From Chlamydiota bacterium (GTDB taxonomy: Bacteria; Chlamydiota; Chlamydiia; Chlamydiales; RGXB01), in NCBI GenBank assembly GCA_947494155.1, contig CANLTW010000002.1, forward strand, positions 32,001 to 96,000: a stretch of 64,000 bases of DNA. The letters are read 5' to 3'. The notes under the pieces were generated by a model. That model saw only the letters and a program-made list of their open reading frames with translations. It had not been told where the DNA came from and did not search any database. A program made the translations under genes and the position numbers. The stretch's first letter is position 1. Every line of letters begins with the position of its first letter. Positions 20,558 to 28,890 of the stretch are shown in pieces.

Positions 20558-23152
20558 CTAGGTAAGGGCAAAATAGCTGATAAACAATGTGATGATAGAC
20601 CAAACAGGCCAATAAAAATACCGAACATACAAAAAGAATCTCTCATCTTGCCCAATTTTTTGAATTAGGCTCATCGCTTGCACGACAATAAGAAGTACCA
20701 ATGAACCAATATAAACATTTTCAAGAAACGACAAGATTCTGTTTCCTAGGTATCCTCTAAAGCTCACGTACATCAGCAAGACGATAAACATCACTGACCC
20801 CCATACCGGGATGAAAGTCTTGATATCATCACCCAGCTTCCTTGTAATAAAACTCTGGTACAAGATCGCAAGACCAATTAGCAAAGGGAGAAGATAGCAG
20901 GCAATTACGTGAACGATCCCCCTTTTAAAAACAAATTCGTATTGTAATATAGGGATCTCAATACCTTCTTTTTTGATATATTTACAACCCGTTTTAACGA
21001 AATCAATCCCCTGAATCTGTAACCGGGATAGTTCCTCTAAATTTTCAAAATCGGGGACAAAAAGAATTTTTTCGTTCGATGCGATCTGCAACGGTAGTGT
21101 TAACTGCCTGGGATTAAAAGGGAACTCTTTAAATTCTGAGTCATCTATATAATCATAGTTAAAAAAATATTTCGGGGGTGATTCCTGATTGCTTCTAAGG
21201 GTATTTACTCCAGCTATTGCCGTGTAGATATATAGGTCTGTTTTTTCGTCTATTTGTGAGGAAAAATAACCCGCTGCATTTACAATGTCTATCCCTTTAA
21301 TCCAAAAACCATCAACCATAAGATTTACCGGTACCAACCTAAGCGGTTCCTCATGGAAAAGATCGTAAGCTTGTTTTATAGATTCTACTTGGTTCAAGAT
21401 CTCCTCTTTATTTGAAAGGACGCTCTTTTGTTCTTCCTTTATGCGATCTTGCAAAATATTAAAGGCGAATACTTGGTAAATTAATACGCACAATAAAAAA
21501 CCGAAGGAGGCAATCGGTAGTACTCTAAAAGAAAAAATCGTATCGAACTGGGTAAAAATCCAAAACAAAACGGAAAGGATAAACAGAGTGAAAAAAAACA
21601 GAAAATGGATTAAAAAAATCTGTTTTGAAAAAGCCACTTTTAACCCCGTTGAGCTAGTGATGAAGTTCCATTTAGCTGCTGGGATATTTAACAAAAGGTC
21701 AGGATTTGTGGTGATCTGATATTGGTATAAAAAGTGCCCCTCCTGGTCGGTAATAGAAAAGGGTTGACTGTAGGTATGGACCAATATTTCCAGAATATCA
21801 TTGATCGTATTTCCCTCTACAACAATCGAGCATGAGCCTTGATTTCCAATATTTTTTTGGGTTGAGAAAATAAATATAGACCCAAGTACGGGATCATTAA
21901 TTGGCCCCTCAATTTTGAAGTCCTCTGTATATGGATTAGGGAGTAACGTGGTGGGGACCCAGTTGAATTTGTTAAGGGTTAGAGTCTCTTGATAAACCCC
22001 ATTTAGAGGTTTTTCGTAAAAATTTACCGCTAAAATACCATACCTATTTAACTGCTCAAGAATTGCGTCATTGGGTCTATTCAACCCATACTTTAAGGTA
22101 ACAAAAGTTTCCAAAACACCTTTAAACTCTTCCAGATATTGGTTGATCTTTACAACAGCACTCCTCGCTGCAAAGTTAAAGGCAGACTTTTGCGCTTCGA
22201 CTGAATCTTTTTTCTCTTTTAAGTAGGCAATACCTAAATACCCTGCTGCACATCCAAGCAAAATGACCAAAAAAATCACCATATGGGAAAAAACGCTATA
22301 ACACTTCATTATGCCTGTTATAGAGCAACTATTTTTAGACTCGCTGAAAGGGAGTACAAGACAGCTAATAAGCAAAAGAAATAGGACAAACGCCTCGATA
22401 TAAATCAGGACTGAGTAAAAAGAATAGCTTTCAAGTACAAACCCAAATTTTATATCTGGAAGGTAAAAACAAGCGTAATTTTTGGTGCCAATTAGACCTA
22501 TACTCTCTAAAATCTTGTTTTCACCGCTAAGTGCCTGTTGAATAACGTTTGAGCTAACTTTTAGATTTCTGTCAAATTCAATTGGACTTGATAACCCATC
22601 CTGATAAACATACATCGAGCTGCTGAAATAGTCGTTTTGCGTACCTTGTAAAAATTCCTCGATAAGGAGATCTGCTCGCATAAAACGAAAAAGGGCGTAG
22701 TTCTCGATTTTTTCATTTTTTTTCAAAGGATAGATATAGAAGATCTCGGGTTTAGCACGATTTAACCCACTTATTGTTGCCCACTGAGGTGTCTGAGAGA
22801 GGGGAGATATGAGGAGTAAATCATCTATATTTTTGGTAGAAGGAAGCTGATTAAATTGAGGATCGGTAGTCTTAATAAGCTGTCTATTTGCGTCAAAAAT
22901 GTAGATCGTTAGATTACACGGCAGCCTTGATGTGGGATCTTTAAAGGCTTTTTCAGCTAAAGAATTCAAAAAAACTTGCTTCGATTCTACGTTTTTATAG
23001 ATTGTCTTCTGTATTAACAAAAAATTGTTTAGACATTTTTGCTGTTCCTTTTCCCTTTCGGCTTTAAAGGTAAAAACAAACACCCCTAAACCGATAGAAA
23101 AGGCGAGAATCCATCCACAAAATTGAACCTCCCATCTTTTTAGGAACCCCAT
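20558..23152 (-). CDS. Multidomain pLGIC-family subunit with two N-terminal extracytoplasmic (Cache-like) sensor domains
   Basis: TM-domain-TM-TM-domain-TM-TM topology, then FKEFPFNPRQL (Pro-loop), FVPDF, FVFKR pre-M1 Arg, YLLP in M1 and four C-terminal TM ending YFYWP. Confidence 0.72.
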   Translation of the reverse strand: MGFLKRWEVQFCGWILAFSIGLGVFVFTFKAEREKEQQKCLNNFLLIQKTIYKNVESKQVFLNSLAEKAFKDPTSRLPCNLTIYIFDANRQLIKTTDPQFNQLPSTKNIDDLLLISPLSQTPQWATISGLNRAKPEIFYIYPLKKNEKIENYALFRFMRADLLIEEFLQGTQNDYFSSSMYVYQDGLSSPIEFDRNLKVSSNVIQQALSGENKILESIGLIGTKNYACFYLPDIKFGFVLESYSFYSVLIYIEAFVLFLLLISCLVLPFSESKNSCSITGIMKCYSVFSHMVIFLVILLGCAAGYLGIAYLKEKKDSVEAQKSAFNFAARSAVVKINQYLEEFKGVLETFVTLKYGLNRPNDAILEQLNRYGILAVNFYEKPLNGVYQETLTLNKFNWVPTTLLPNPYTEDFKIEGPINDPVLGSIFIFSTQKNIGNQGSCSIVVEGNTINDILEILVHTYSQPFSITDQEGHFLYQYQITTNPDLLLNIPAAKWNFITSSTGLKVAFSKQIFLIHFLFFFTLFILSVLFWIFTQFDTIFSFRVLPIASFGFLLCVLIYQVFAFNILQDRIKEEQKSVLSNKEEILNQVESIKQAYDLFHEEPLRLVPVNLMVDGFWIKGIDIVNAAGYFSSQIDEKTDLYIYTAIAGVNTLRSNQESPPKYFFNYDYIDDSEFKEFPFNPRQLTLPLQIASNEKILFVPDFENLEELSRLQIQGIDFVKTGCKYIKKEGIEIPILQYEFVFKRGIVHVIACYLLPLLIGLAILYQSFITRKLGDDIKTFIPVWGSVMFIVLLMYVSFRGYLGNRILSFLENVYIGSLVLLIVVQAMSLIQKIGQDERFFLYVRYFYWPVWSIITLFISYFALT

Positions 23153-24351
23153 TTATTCCCCCACTCTTTGTACCAGATGATCATCTGTTCCTGCCATTCC
23201 TTTTTAGTCTTTAAGGAGGGATAGGGTTCGGGTGGGATAGGATTAATAGTTCTCCATACAATCTGGGGCGTCTGTTTATGAAACACCTTTGCTAATATGA
23301 TATTTCGATACAGATAAAAAGAGGTGTTAAATCCGATAATCCCTTCTGCTGCATGAATCCCCTGCCCATCAAGGACTTTTTTTAGATTTACACGAGACCC
23401 ATTTTTAGCCATTTCATAGGTATTTGCCCACATTTTTACCCCATTGTAGGCTATTTCCATAGGATCATTAATCACTATTTTTGGATCAATCCTATTACGA
23501 AGTCTTGCTAAAAACTCAAGGTTTATTTCCTCTTTAAGATTTTGAAAATAGCTCCAACATAAAAAATGATTTTGAAGCTCTACACTCCATGTCTGTATAA
23601 GATCTTCGGTAACACTTAATGAGATTATAGCCGTTTTCTTGAGTTGGTCATCATTTTCCAAAAGAGTGAAAAGATTACGATTCCCCTCCCCATTAATCAA
23701 ATTAATTATTACATCAGGTTTAGCAAGTCGAATTTTGGCTACCGCTTGAGTAAAATTTTTTTCGCTTAAAGACACTAGCTCACTCCCAACAATTTCAGCC
23801 CCCTGACTTGGCATGTACAAACGTAAAATCTCTAGGGAGGCTTTTGGGTAGATGTAATCAGAACCGATAACATAAAACCTTTTGCCTATATTTTTTAAGG
23901 CCCAGCTGGCCGCAGGTAAAAGCTGTTGGTTTGGGGCGACTCCTAAATATAAGATATGGGGAGAATCCTCTAACCCCTCAAATTGGACAGGATAAAAAAG
24001 AATTCCTCCCCTTTTTTCTAAAACCTCGTTTACCGCCTTGCGACTTGCTGAAGTCCAGGTTCCAAAAATTGTAGTTGCCCCCTGGTCTAACAATCGATTC
24101 GCCCCAAGCGCAAACTGTACCGGGTCAGAGGCTCCGTCTTCAACTAGAGGCTCTACCAGCTCGCCATTTATCCCTCCCCCCTGATTGATCTCATCAATCG
24201 CCGCTAAAGTAGCTAGTAGGACTGGAACCTCGCTTTGCGCCAAGTCTCCTGTCCGAGAATGGAGAATACCCACTTTGATGTTAGCTTTTATATAAAATGA
24301 ATATATAAAAAATAATACAAAAAAGACCCTTAGTAAACGCTTGTGATGCAT
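23140..24351 (-). CDS. UrtA/AmiC-type urea/short-chain amide periplasmic binding protein
   Basis: KVGILHSRTG..AQSE, DGASDP, WTSASRKAV, YPVQFEGLE, PNQQ, GSDYIYP; N-terminal signal/anchor. Confidence 0.88.
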   Translation of the reverse strand: MHHKRLLRVFFVLFFIYSFYIKANIKVGILHSRTGDLAQSEVPVLLATLAAIDEINQGGGINGELVEPLVEDGASDPVQFALGANRLLDQGATTIFGTWTSASRKAVNEVLEKRGGILFYPVQFEGLEDSPHILYLGVAPNQQLLPAASWALKNIGKRFYVIGSDYIYPKASLEILRLYMPSQGAEIVGSELVSLSEKNFTQAVAKIRLAKPDVIINLINGEGNRNLFTLLENDDQLKKTAIISLSVTEDLIQTWSVELQNHFLCWSYFQNLKEEINLEFLARLRNRIDPKIVINDPMEIAYNGVKMWANTYEMAKNGSRVNLKKVLDGQGIHAAEGIIGFNTSFYLYRNIILAKVFHKQTPQIVWRTINPIPPEPYPSLKTKKEWQEQMIIWYKEWGNKWGS

Positions 24352-24477
24352 AACAACTCCCTTAAGACAGAGAAGATTTAAGCTTCAATAGTTTTTTTTG
24401 AAAAAAATTTTATTAATTTACGCAAAAATTTTAGAACTGAATGCTCTAGATAAAAACAGCCATAGATTTTTCTTATC

Positions 24478-25554
24478 TTAACTGAATGCCAAAACGGGCA
24501 ACATAATATTGATCAATATATACCATACTCCGATGGTGATCCATGATGCCATATCAATCGCTTTAGAGAACTCTTGTTCATTTTTTCGCAGGTAAAAATA
24601 TCCTGAAAGTAAAGTCGCAGCCACACAAATAGTAATTGTCAATAAACCAACCAAAGTCACTAAATCGGTTAATCCAAAATCTCCAGATGGGGGCATCAAT
24701 GCGTTGACCATATACGTATTTGCTACCGCACCAAAGTATGCCGCAGAGGGTATACCATACCTTGGGCCAGTATCTGAAGGGCGGATAAAAAAGCTACCCA
24801 AGGTGAGGAAAACACCCGCAAACATACCGATAAATAGTTTTATATAGAATCCAAACCCTACTCGTTTTAATCTTAGAGCAAAGTTATACTGACTATAAGT
24901 GGTATAGTCCCCCTCATTTAGCAGTGGATCTCCGTAATTTGTCTGGTAGGTATGAGGCTCTGAATATTGTGAGAAATTTTTAATAACAAATCCGGGAACA
25001 TTCAATCTAGGACTCTTGTTACTGGAAGAGTCAGGAATATAGACCAGTTTTGTGTCATCCAAGACCGCATCCTCTATCGAGATAGTGAGCACATGAGACT
25101 CTAAAGGCAGTAGCATCGTATTAAAAAAATTCGTAATTCTCGCTTCCACCCTGTAGCACTGATAATGTAAGCCCTCTGGACTAACGTAGCTATCCTCCAA
25201 AATTTTACTGTTTATTTTGCCATCAACTAAATAAAAGGCTTTACCAGGATCTAATCCATCTTCCCCTACCCATCTAAACCATACGTAATAAGTAGCAATC
25301 CAGTAGGATTCTTTTATCGAGACCGTCTCTATACTGTCTAAGTATATGCCCGTGCTAACCTTTACAGCCCCCTTTTCATCTCTTTCAGGTGAAACTATTG
25401 AAGTTTCTTTTAATTGATCCAGTGCAATTTTGGATCCGTGACTTTTATTGATGATAACAACAGAAAAAAAACCTATCACTAAGTACAATAGAGTAAGACC
25501 TATCACCAGAATTTTGATATATTTTTGTTGAGAACTGGAAATATTTTTGAACAT
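24478..25554 (-). CDS. Prokaryotic pentameric ligand-gated ion channel (Pro-loop receptor) subunit
   Basis: VKVSTGIYLDSI..YYVWFRW (beta1-2), LLPLESH (Pro-loop), HTYQTNYGDP, LRLKR pre-M1, four TM with M2-M3 loop LMPPSGDFGLTD. Confidence 0.82.
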   Translation of the reverse strand: MFKNISSSQQKYIKILVIGLTLLYLVIGFFSVVIINKSHGSKIALDQLKETSIVSPERDEKGAVKVSTGIYLDSIETVSIKESYWIATYYVWFRWVGEDGLDPGKAFYLVDGKINSKILEDSYVSPEGLHYQCYRVEARITNFFNTMLLPLESHVLTISIEDAVLDDTKLVYIPDSSSNKSPRLNVPGFVIKNFSQYSEPHTYQTNYGDPLLNEGDYTTYSQYNFALRLKRVGFGFYIKLFIGMFAGVFLTLGSFFIRPSDTGPRYGIPSAAYFGAVANTYMVNALMPPSGDFGLTDLVTLVGLLTITICVAATLLSGYFYLRKNEQEFSKAIDMASWITIGVWYILINIMLPVLAFS

Positions 25555-25774
25555 GCTAATTTTTCTCTTTTTAAAAACGGCCAGTTTTTCAAGGCTCTAT
25601 TTTTTAAATAAGGTCTTTATGCCACTAATTGTCTTTCTCTTAAAACATGGTAATAAAACCTGCAATATTTTTATTTTCATGAATTTTTTACGAAAAAAAC
25701 TCATTTGGAAAATTTATGCAATATCAAGTAACTTGTTAAATATCTCATTTTTAATTTGAACAAAATAGACTAAA

Positions 25775-26584
25775 TTGGTTAATAAAAAGCCTCGACTTAA
25801 AGAGAGAGAAAAAAAAGTTTTAACCGAACAGCTTAACTCCTGTTACGTAAATAAACTTAGCGAATGGGAGCAAGCGCGCCTAAAAAAAATTCTCCCTGCC
25901 CTTTTTTGGGCAGAAAAGCAGCTAATAGAGGAAGGAAAAAAACTTTCCTATTACATCGAAAAATTTCTCAGCTTTTTAAGTTTAGATGCTTATATCTCAA
26001 GAACAGTGGGGCCTTGGAATTTTAAAAAGGTCTATGCCTCCCGTTTTGGATATACTCAAAAAGAATTTGTAAGAAAGCTAAAAAATTTAGAAACCTCTAC
26101 AGAGATTGTAATTCGCTATGTCTGCGAAGACATCGGTCTCCATAAAGACCCGACCCACATTTTCGCTGAGTACAATGCTGGGATTTTGTGTACAAAAATA
26201 GCGGGGCTACAAAACTTTTTAAACTCTTTTATGCTCCAAGAGGGAAAAAAGCCCCTTGTTGAGGATGGCAAATGGGGTAAAGAGACCCAAAAAGCGATCC
26301 AAACTTATCTTCCCGAAGTTTTTCCTTCATTTCATCAAAAAGAGATCTCTTTAAAACAATTAGAAACTCTCTTTTCAAATGAATTGGAACGGGCGGGTAT
26401 ACCGATTATTTGTAAAATTCCCCAACTTATCCGAAAAACCTCATGGAGCACGGTATGGAAACCATCCTGCCCAAAGAAAACTTGGCTGCAGGTACTTTTA
26501 GAATTTTTCAGACGAGATATTAACGTCCCTATTTACGTAGATTGGGGGATGAAGGCTTATTTAGCCGAGAACCTGTTACGCTAA
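25775..26584 (+). CDS. DUF1615/YaiW-like protein with a peptidoglycan-binding-type motif
   Basis: RTVGPW, FAEYNAG..AGLQ, DGKWGKETQKAIQ; start codon uncertain. Confidence 0.5.
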   Translation: MVNKKPRLKEREKKVLTEQLNSCYVNKLSEWEQARLKKILPALFWAEKQLIEEGKKLSYYIEKFLSFLSLDAYISRTVGPWNFKKVYASRFGYTQKEFVRKLKNLETSTEIVIRYVCEDIGLHKDPTHIFAEYNAGILCTKIAGLQNFLNSFMLQEGKKPLVEDGKWGKETQKAIQTYLPEVFPSFHQKEISLKQLETLFSNELERAGIPIICKIPQLIRKTSWSTVWKPSCPKKTWLQVLLEFFRRDINVPIYVDWGMKAYLAENLLR

Positions 26585-26661
26585 AATTTAAAAACCTAAA
26601 AGTTCAAACAGGCTCTTCTCTTAAGCTACAAAAAAAGATTCATCGATAGAGAAAGCTCTAA

Positions 26662-27915
26662 TTACAAAAGTAGTAGCGTTGGGGACTCTAAAAACTTTTT
26701 TAGTGTAGCTAAAAACCTAGCTGCATCCGCCCCATCAACAACTCTATGGTCTGCAGCAAGAGTCAATTTCATCTGCCCCTCGATTGAACCACCAACACCC
26801 AGAATAGCTGCCTGCGGAGGATTGATAATAGGCATAAACGAGTCGATCCCAAACATCCCTAAATTAGATAGGGTAAAAGATCCCCCTTGGTATTCCTCGG
26901 GTTTGAGTGTTCCCTCTTTGGCCTTCTTTACCAAAAACTTTACCTCCTTGGAGAGCTCTTCTATCCCTTTGAAATCGGCCAAACGGACAATTGGGGTGAT
27001 AAGCCCCTCAGGAATGGATACTGCGACGCTCACATCAACGGTATGAAAACGAATGATCGATTGGGTTTTTGAATCGAAACCGCTATTCACCTCAGGATGG
27101 TCTCTTAATGAAAGCGCCACGGCTCTTAAAATAAAATCATTGATCGTACAATCGATACCATAGTCTTTAAGTTGTTGACGGATTTTGCCAAGCTCGAGGG
27201 TATTAACCACATGCGTCACATAAAAGTGGGGGATAAATTGCTTCGACTGCTGTAACCTTTTAGCGATCGCTTTACGCATGGGGCTCATCGGGATAAGCGT
27301 GTATGAACCCGGTTTTTCCTCAGGAAAGGTTTTACTTTTCAGCTTTTGGTACGCTTTCGAAGGGGCCTTTTCAACATCTTTTGCGGTCACAATTCCCTGA
27401 TATCCGCTACCGGGCAAACCCTTTAGGTCTCTGCCCTGTTCTTTTGCTAACTGTTTGGCATAAGGGGTAGCTAGAACCTCTTTACCACCAGCAAGGGTAG
27501 GAATAGTCTCGAGTGGCGAAGCAATAGCAAATTCCGGCTCCACAAACCCCACGGATGTGGCAACAGGAGTTTGTGCTGCATTTGCAGGTTGTAAGGGGGT
27601 TGTCTGAGGTGCACTTTGGGGCTTAGGAGCCTCAAGCTTTTCCCATTCTTTCAATAAATCAGAAAAATCTTCGTTTGCCTCGTCGGTAACTACTCCAATC
27701 GGATCACCTACCTTACAAACAGAATGGGCGCCCTTTAAGATCTTTCTAAGGATTCCGTCATCAAGAGCATTAAATTCTACAACCGATTTATCGGTTTGGA
27801 CTGTAAAAAGCAGATCCCCGTTTTTATAGGGCTGCCCCTCATTTACCTTCCACTCCACTATCTCCCCTTCGGTCATCGTTGGAGAGAGTTTCACAAACTT
27901 CAAAAATCGTTTCAT
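26662..27915 (-). CDS. pdhC: Pyruvate dehydrogenase E2 dihydrolipoamide acetyltransferase
   Basis: LSPTMTEG, lipoyl TDKS, E3-binding ATPYAK, DHRVVDG; start ATG 27915 overlaps the pdhB stop (ATGA). Confidence 0.95.
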   Translation of the reverse strand: MKRFLKFVKLSPTMTEGEIVEWKVNEGQPYKNGDLLFTVQTDKSVVEFNALDDGILRKILKGAHSVCKVGDPIGVVTDEANEDFSDLLKEWEKLEAPKPQSAPQTTPLQPANAAQTPVATSVGFVEPEFAIASPLETIPTLAGGKEVLATPYAKQLAKEQGRDLKGLPGSGYQGIVTAKDVEKAPSKAYQKLKSKTFPEEKPGSYTLIPMSPMRKAIAKRLQQSKQFIPHFYVTHVVNTLELGKIRQQLKDYGIDCTINDFILRAVALSLRDHPEVNSGFDSKTQSIIRFHTVDVSVAVSIPEGLITPIVRLADFKGIEELSKEVKFLVKKAKEGTLKPEEYQGGSFTLSNLGMFGIDSFMPIINPPQAAILGVGGSIEGQMKLTLAADHRVVDGADAARFLATLKKFLESPTLLLL

Positions 27916-28889
27916 AGTCTCAGCAGGGTTTTGATTTCGTCTATTATTCGCTCTGTTGAGGGTAAACAAAGAGCCTCTAGATTGGCAGCATAAGGTAAGG
28001 GGGTCTCTCTTTGAGAAACTCGCCCCACTGGAGCATCCAAAAGGTGTATTCCCAATTTTGCAACCTGAGCAATAATCTCAGCCCCCACACCATTTGTTTT
28101 GTGCCCCTCTTCAACTATCAGCAACCGATGGGTCTTTTTTAAAGATTCCAATACAATTCCTATATCTAAAGGACGAATGGTTCTTAAGTCTACCACCTCA
28201 ATCATGATCCCTTTTTTCTTAAAGTGTTCGTGTGCCTCCAGACAAAACCTAAGAGGGCGACTAAAAGAGACGATAGTAAGATCTTTTCCCTCTTTTAGAA
28301 TCTGACCCTTCCCGATGGGAACTAGAAAATCGTGATCCGGAACCTCCCATTTTGTATTATACTCCAACTCATGTTCCAAAAAAAGGACAGGAGAGTTACA
28401 GCGGATGGCCGATTTTAACAAACCCTTGTGATCCGCTCCTGTGTAGGGAGCAACGACCTTTAGCCCGGGAAAATGGGAGTACAAAGCCGCTACGCAATGC
28501 GAGTGTTGGCAGGAGACTCTTGGGCCTGCACCGTTAGGTCCTCGAAAAACAATCGGCACATGAAACAATCCGCCGGTCATATACTGAATTTTAGCAGCAT
28601 TCGAAACGATTTGATCGAAGGAGACAAAAGAGAAATTGAAACTCATAAACTCGACGACGGGTCTTAAACCTGCCATCGCAGCTCCAATCGCCAAACCCGA
28701 AAATCCCGCCTCACTAATAGGGGTGTCGATCACCCTTCTATCCCCAAATTCTTGTAAAAGCCCTTTGGTAATTTTGTAAGCACCGTCGTACTCTGCAACC
28801 TCTTCACCTAAAATAAAAACATCAGGGTCTCTTAGCATCTCTTCTTTAAGAGCCGAGCGAATTGCCTCGCGTACATCTATAACAGCCAT
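27912..28889 (-). CDS. pdhB: Pyruvate dehydrogenase E1 beta
   Basis: DTPISEAGF, RPVVEFM, QHSH, DLRTIRPLD. Confidence 0.96.
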   Translation of the reverse strand: MAVIDVREAIRSALKEEMLRDPDVFILGEEVAEYDGAYKITKGLLQEFGDRRVIDTPISEAGFSGLAIGAAMAGLRPVVEFMSFNFSFVSFDQIVSNAAKIQYMTGGLFHVPIVFRGPNGAGPRVSCQHSHCVAALYSHFPGLKVVAPYTGADHKGLLKSAIRCNSPVLFLEHELEYNTKWEVPDHDFLVPIGKGQILKEGKDLTIVSFSRPLRFCLEAHEHFKKKGIMIEVVDLRTIRPLDIGIVLESLKKTHRLLIVEEGHKTNGVGAEIIAQVAKLGIHLLDAPVGRVSQRETPLPYAANLEALCLPSTERIIDEIKTLLRL

Positions 28890-28890
28890 A

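Noticed and set aside
20558..23152. Sensor histidine kinase or chemoreceptor interpretation
   Set aside because: No HAMP, HisKA, HATPase or MCP signalling domain; the C-terminus is a 4-TM pLGIC-like module
23140..24351. Calling this gene urtA of a urea ABC transporter
   Set aside because: No permease or ATPase genes adjacent; ligand and role unproven, so no symbol given
20395..26646. TCATCGA present near both ends of the channel island as a possible att/target duplication
   Set aside because: Only 7 bp, expected by chance, and no integrase or transposase nearby
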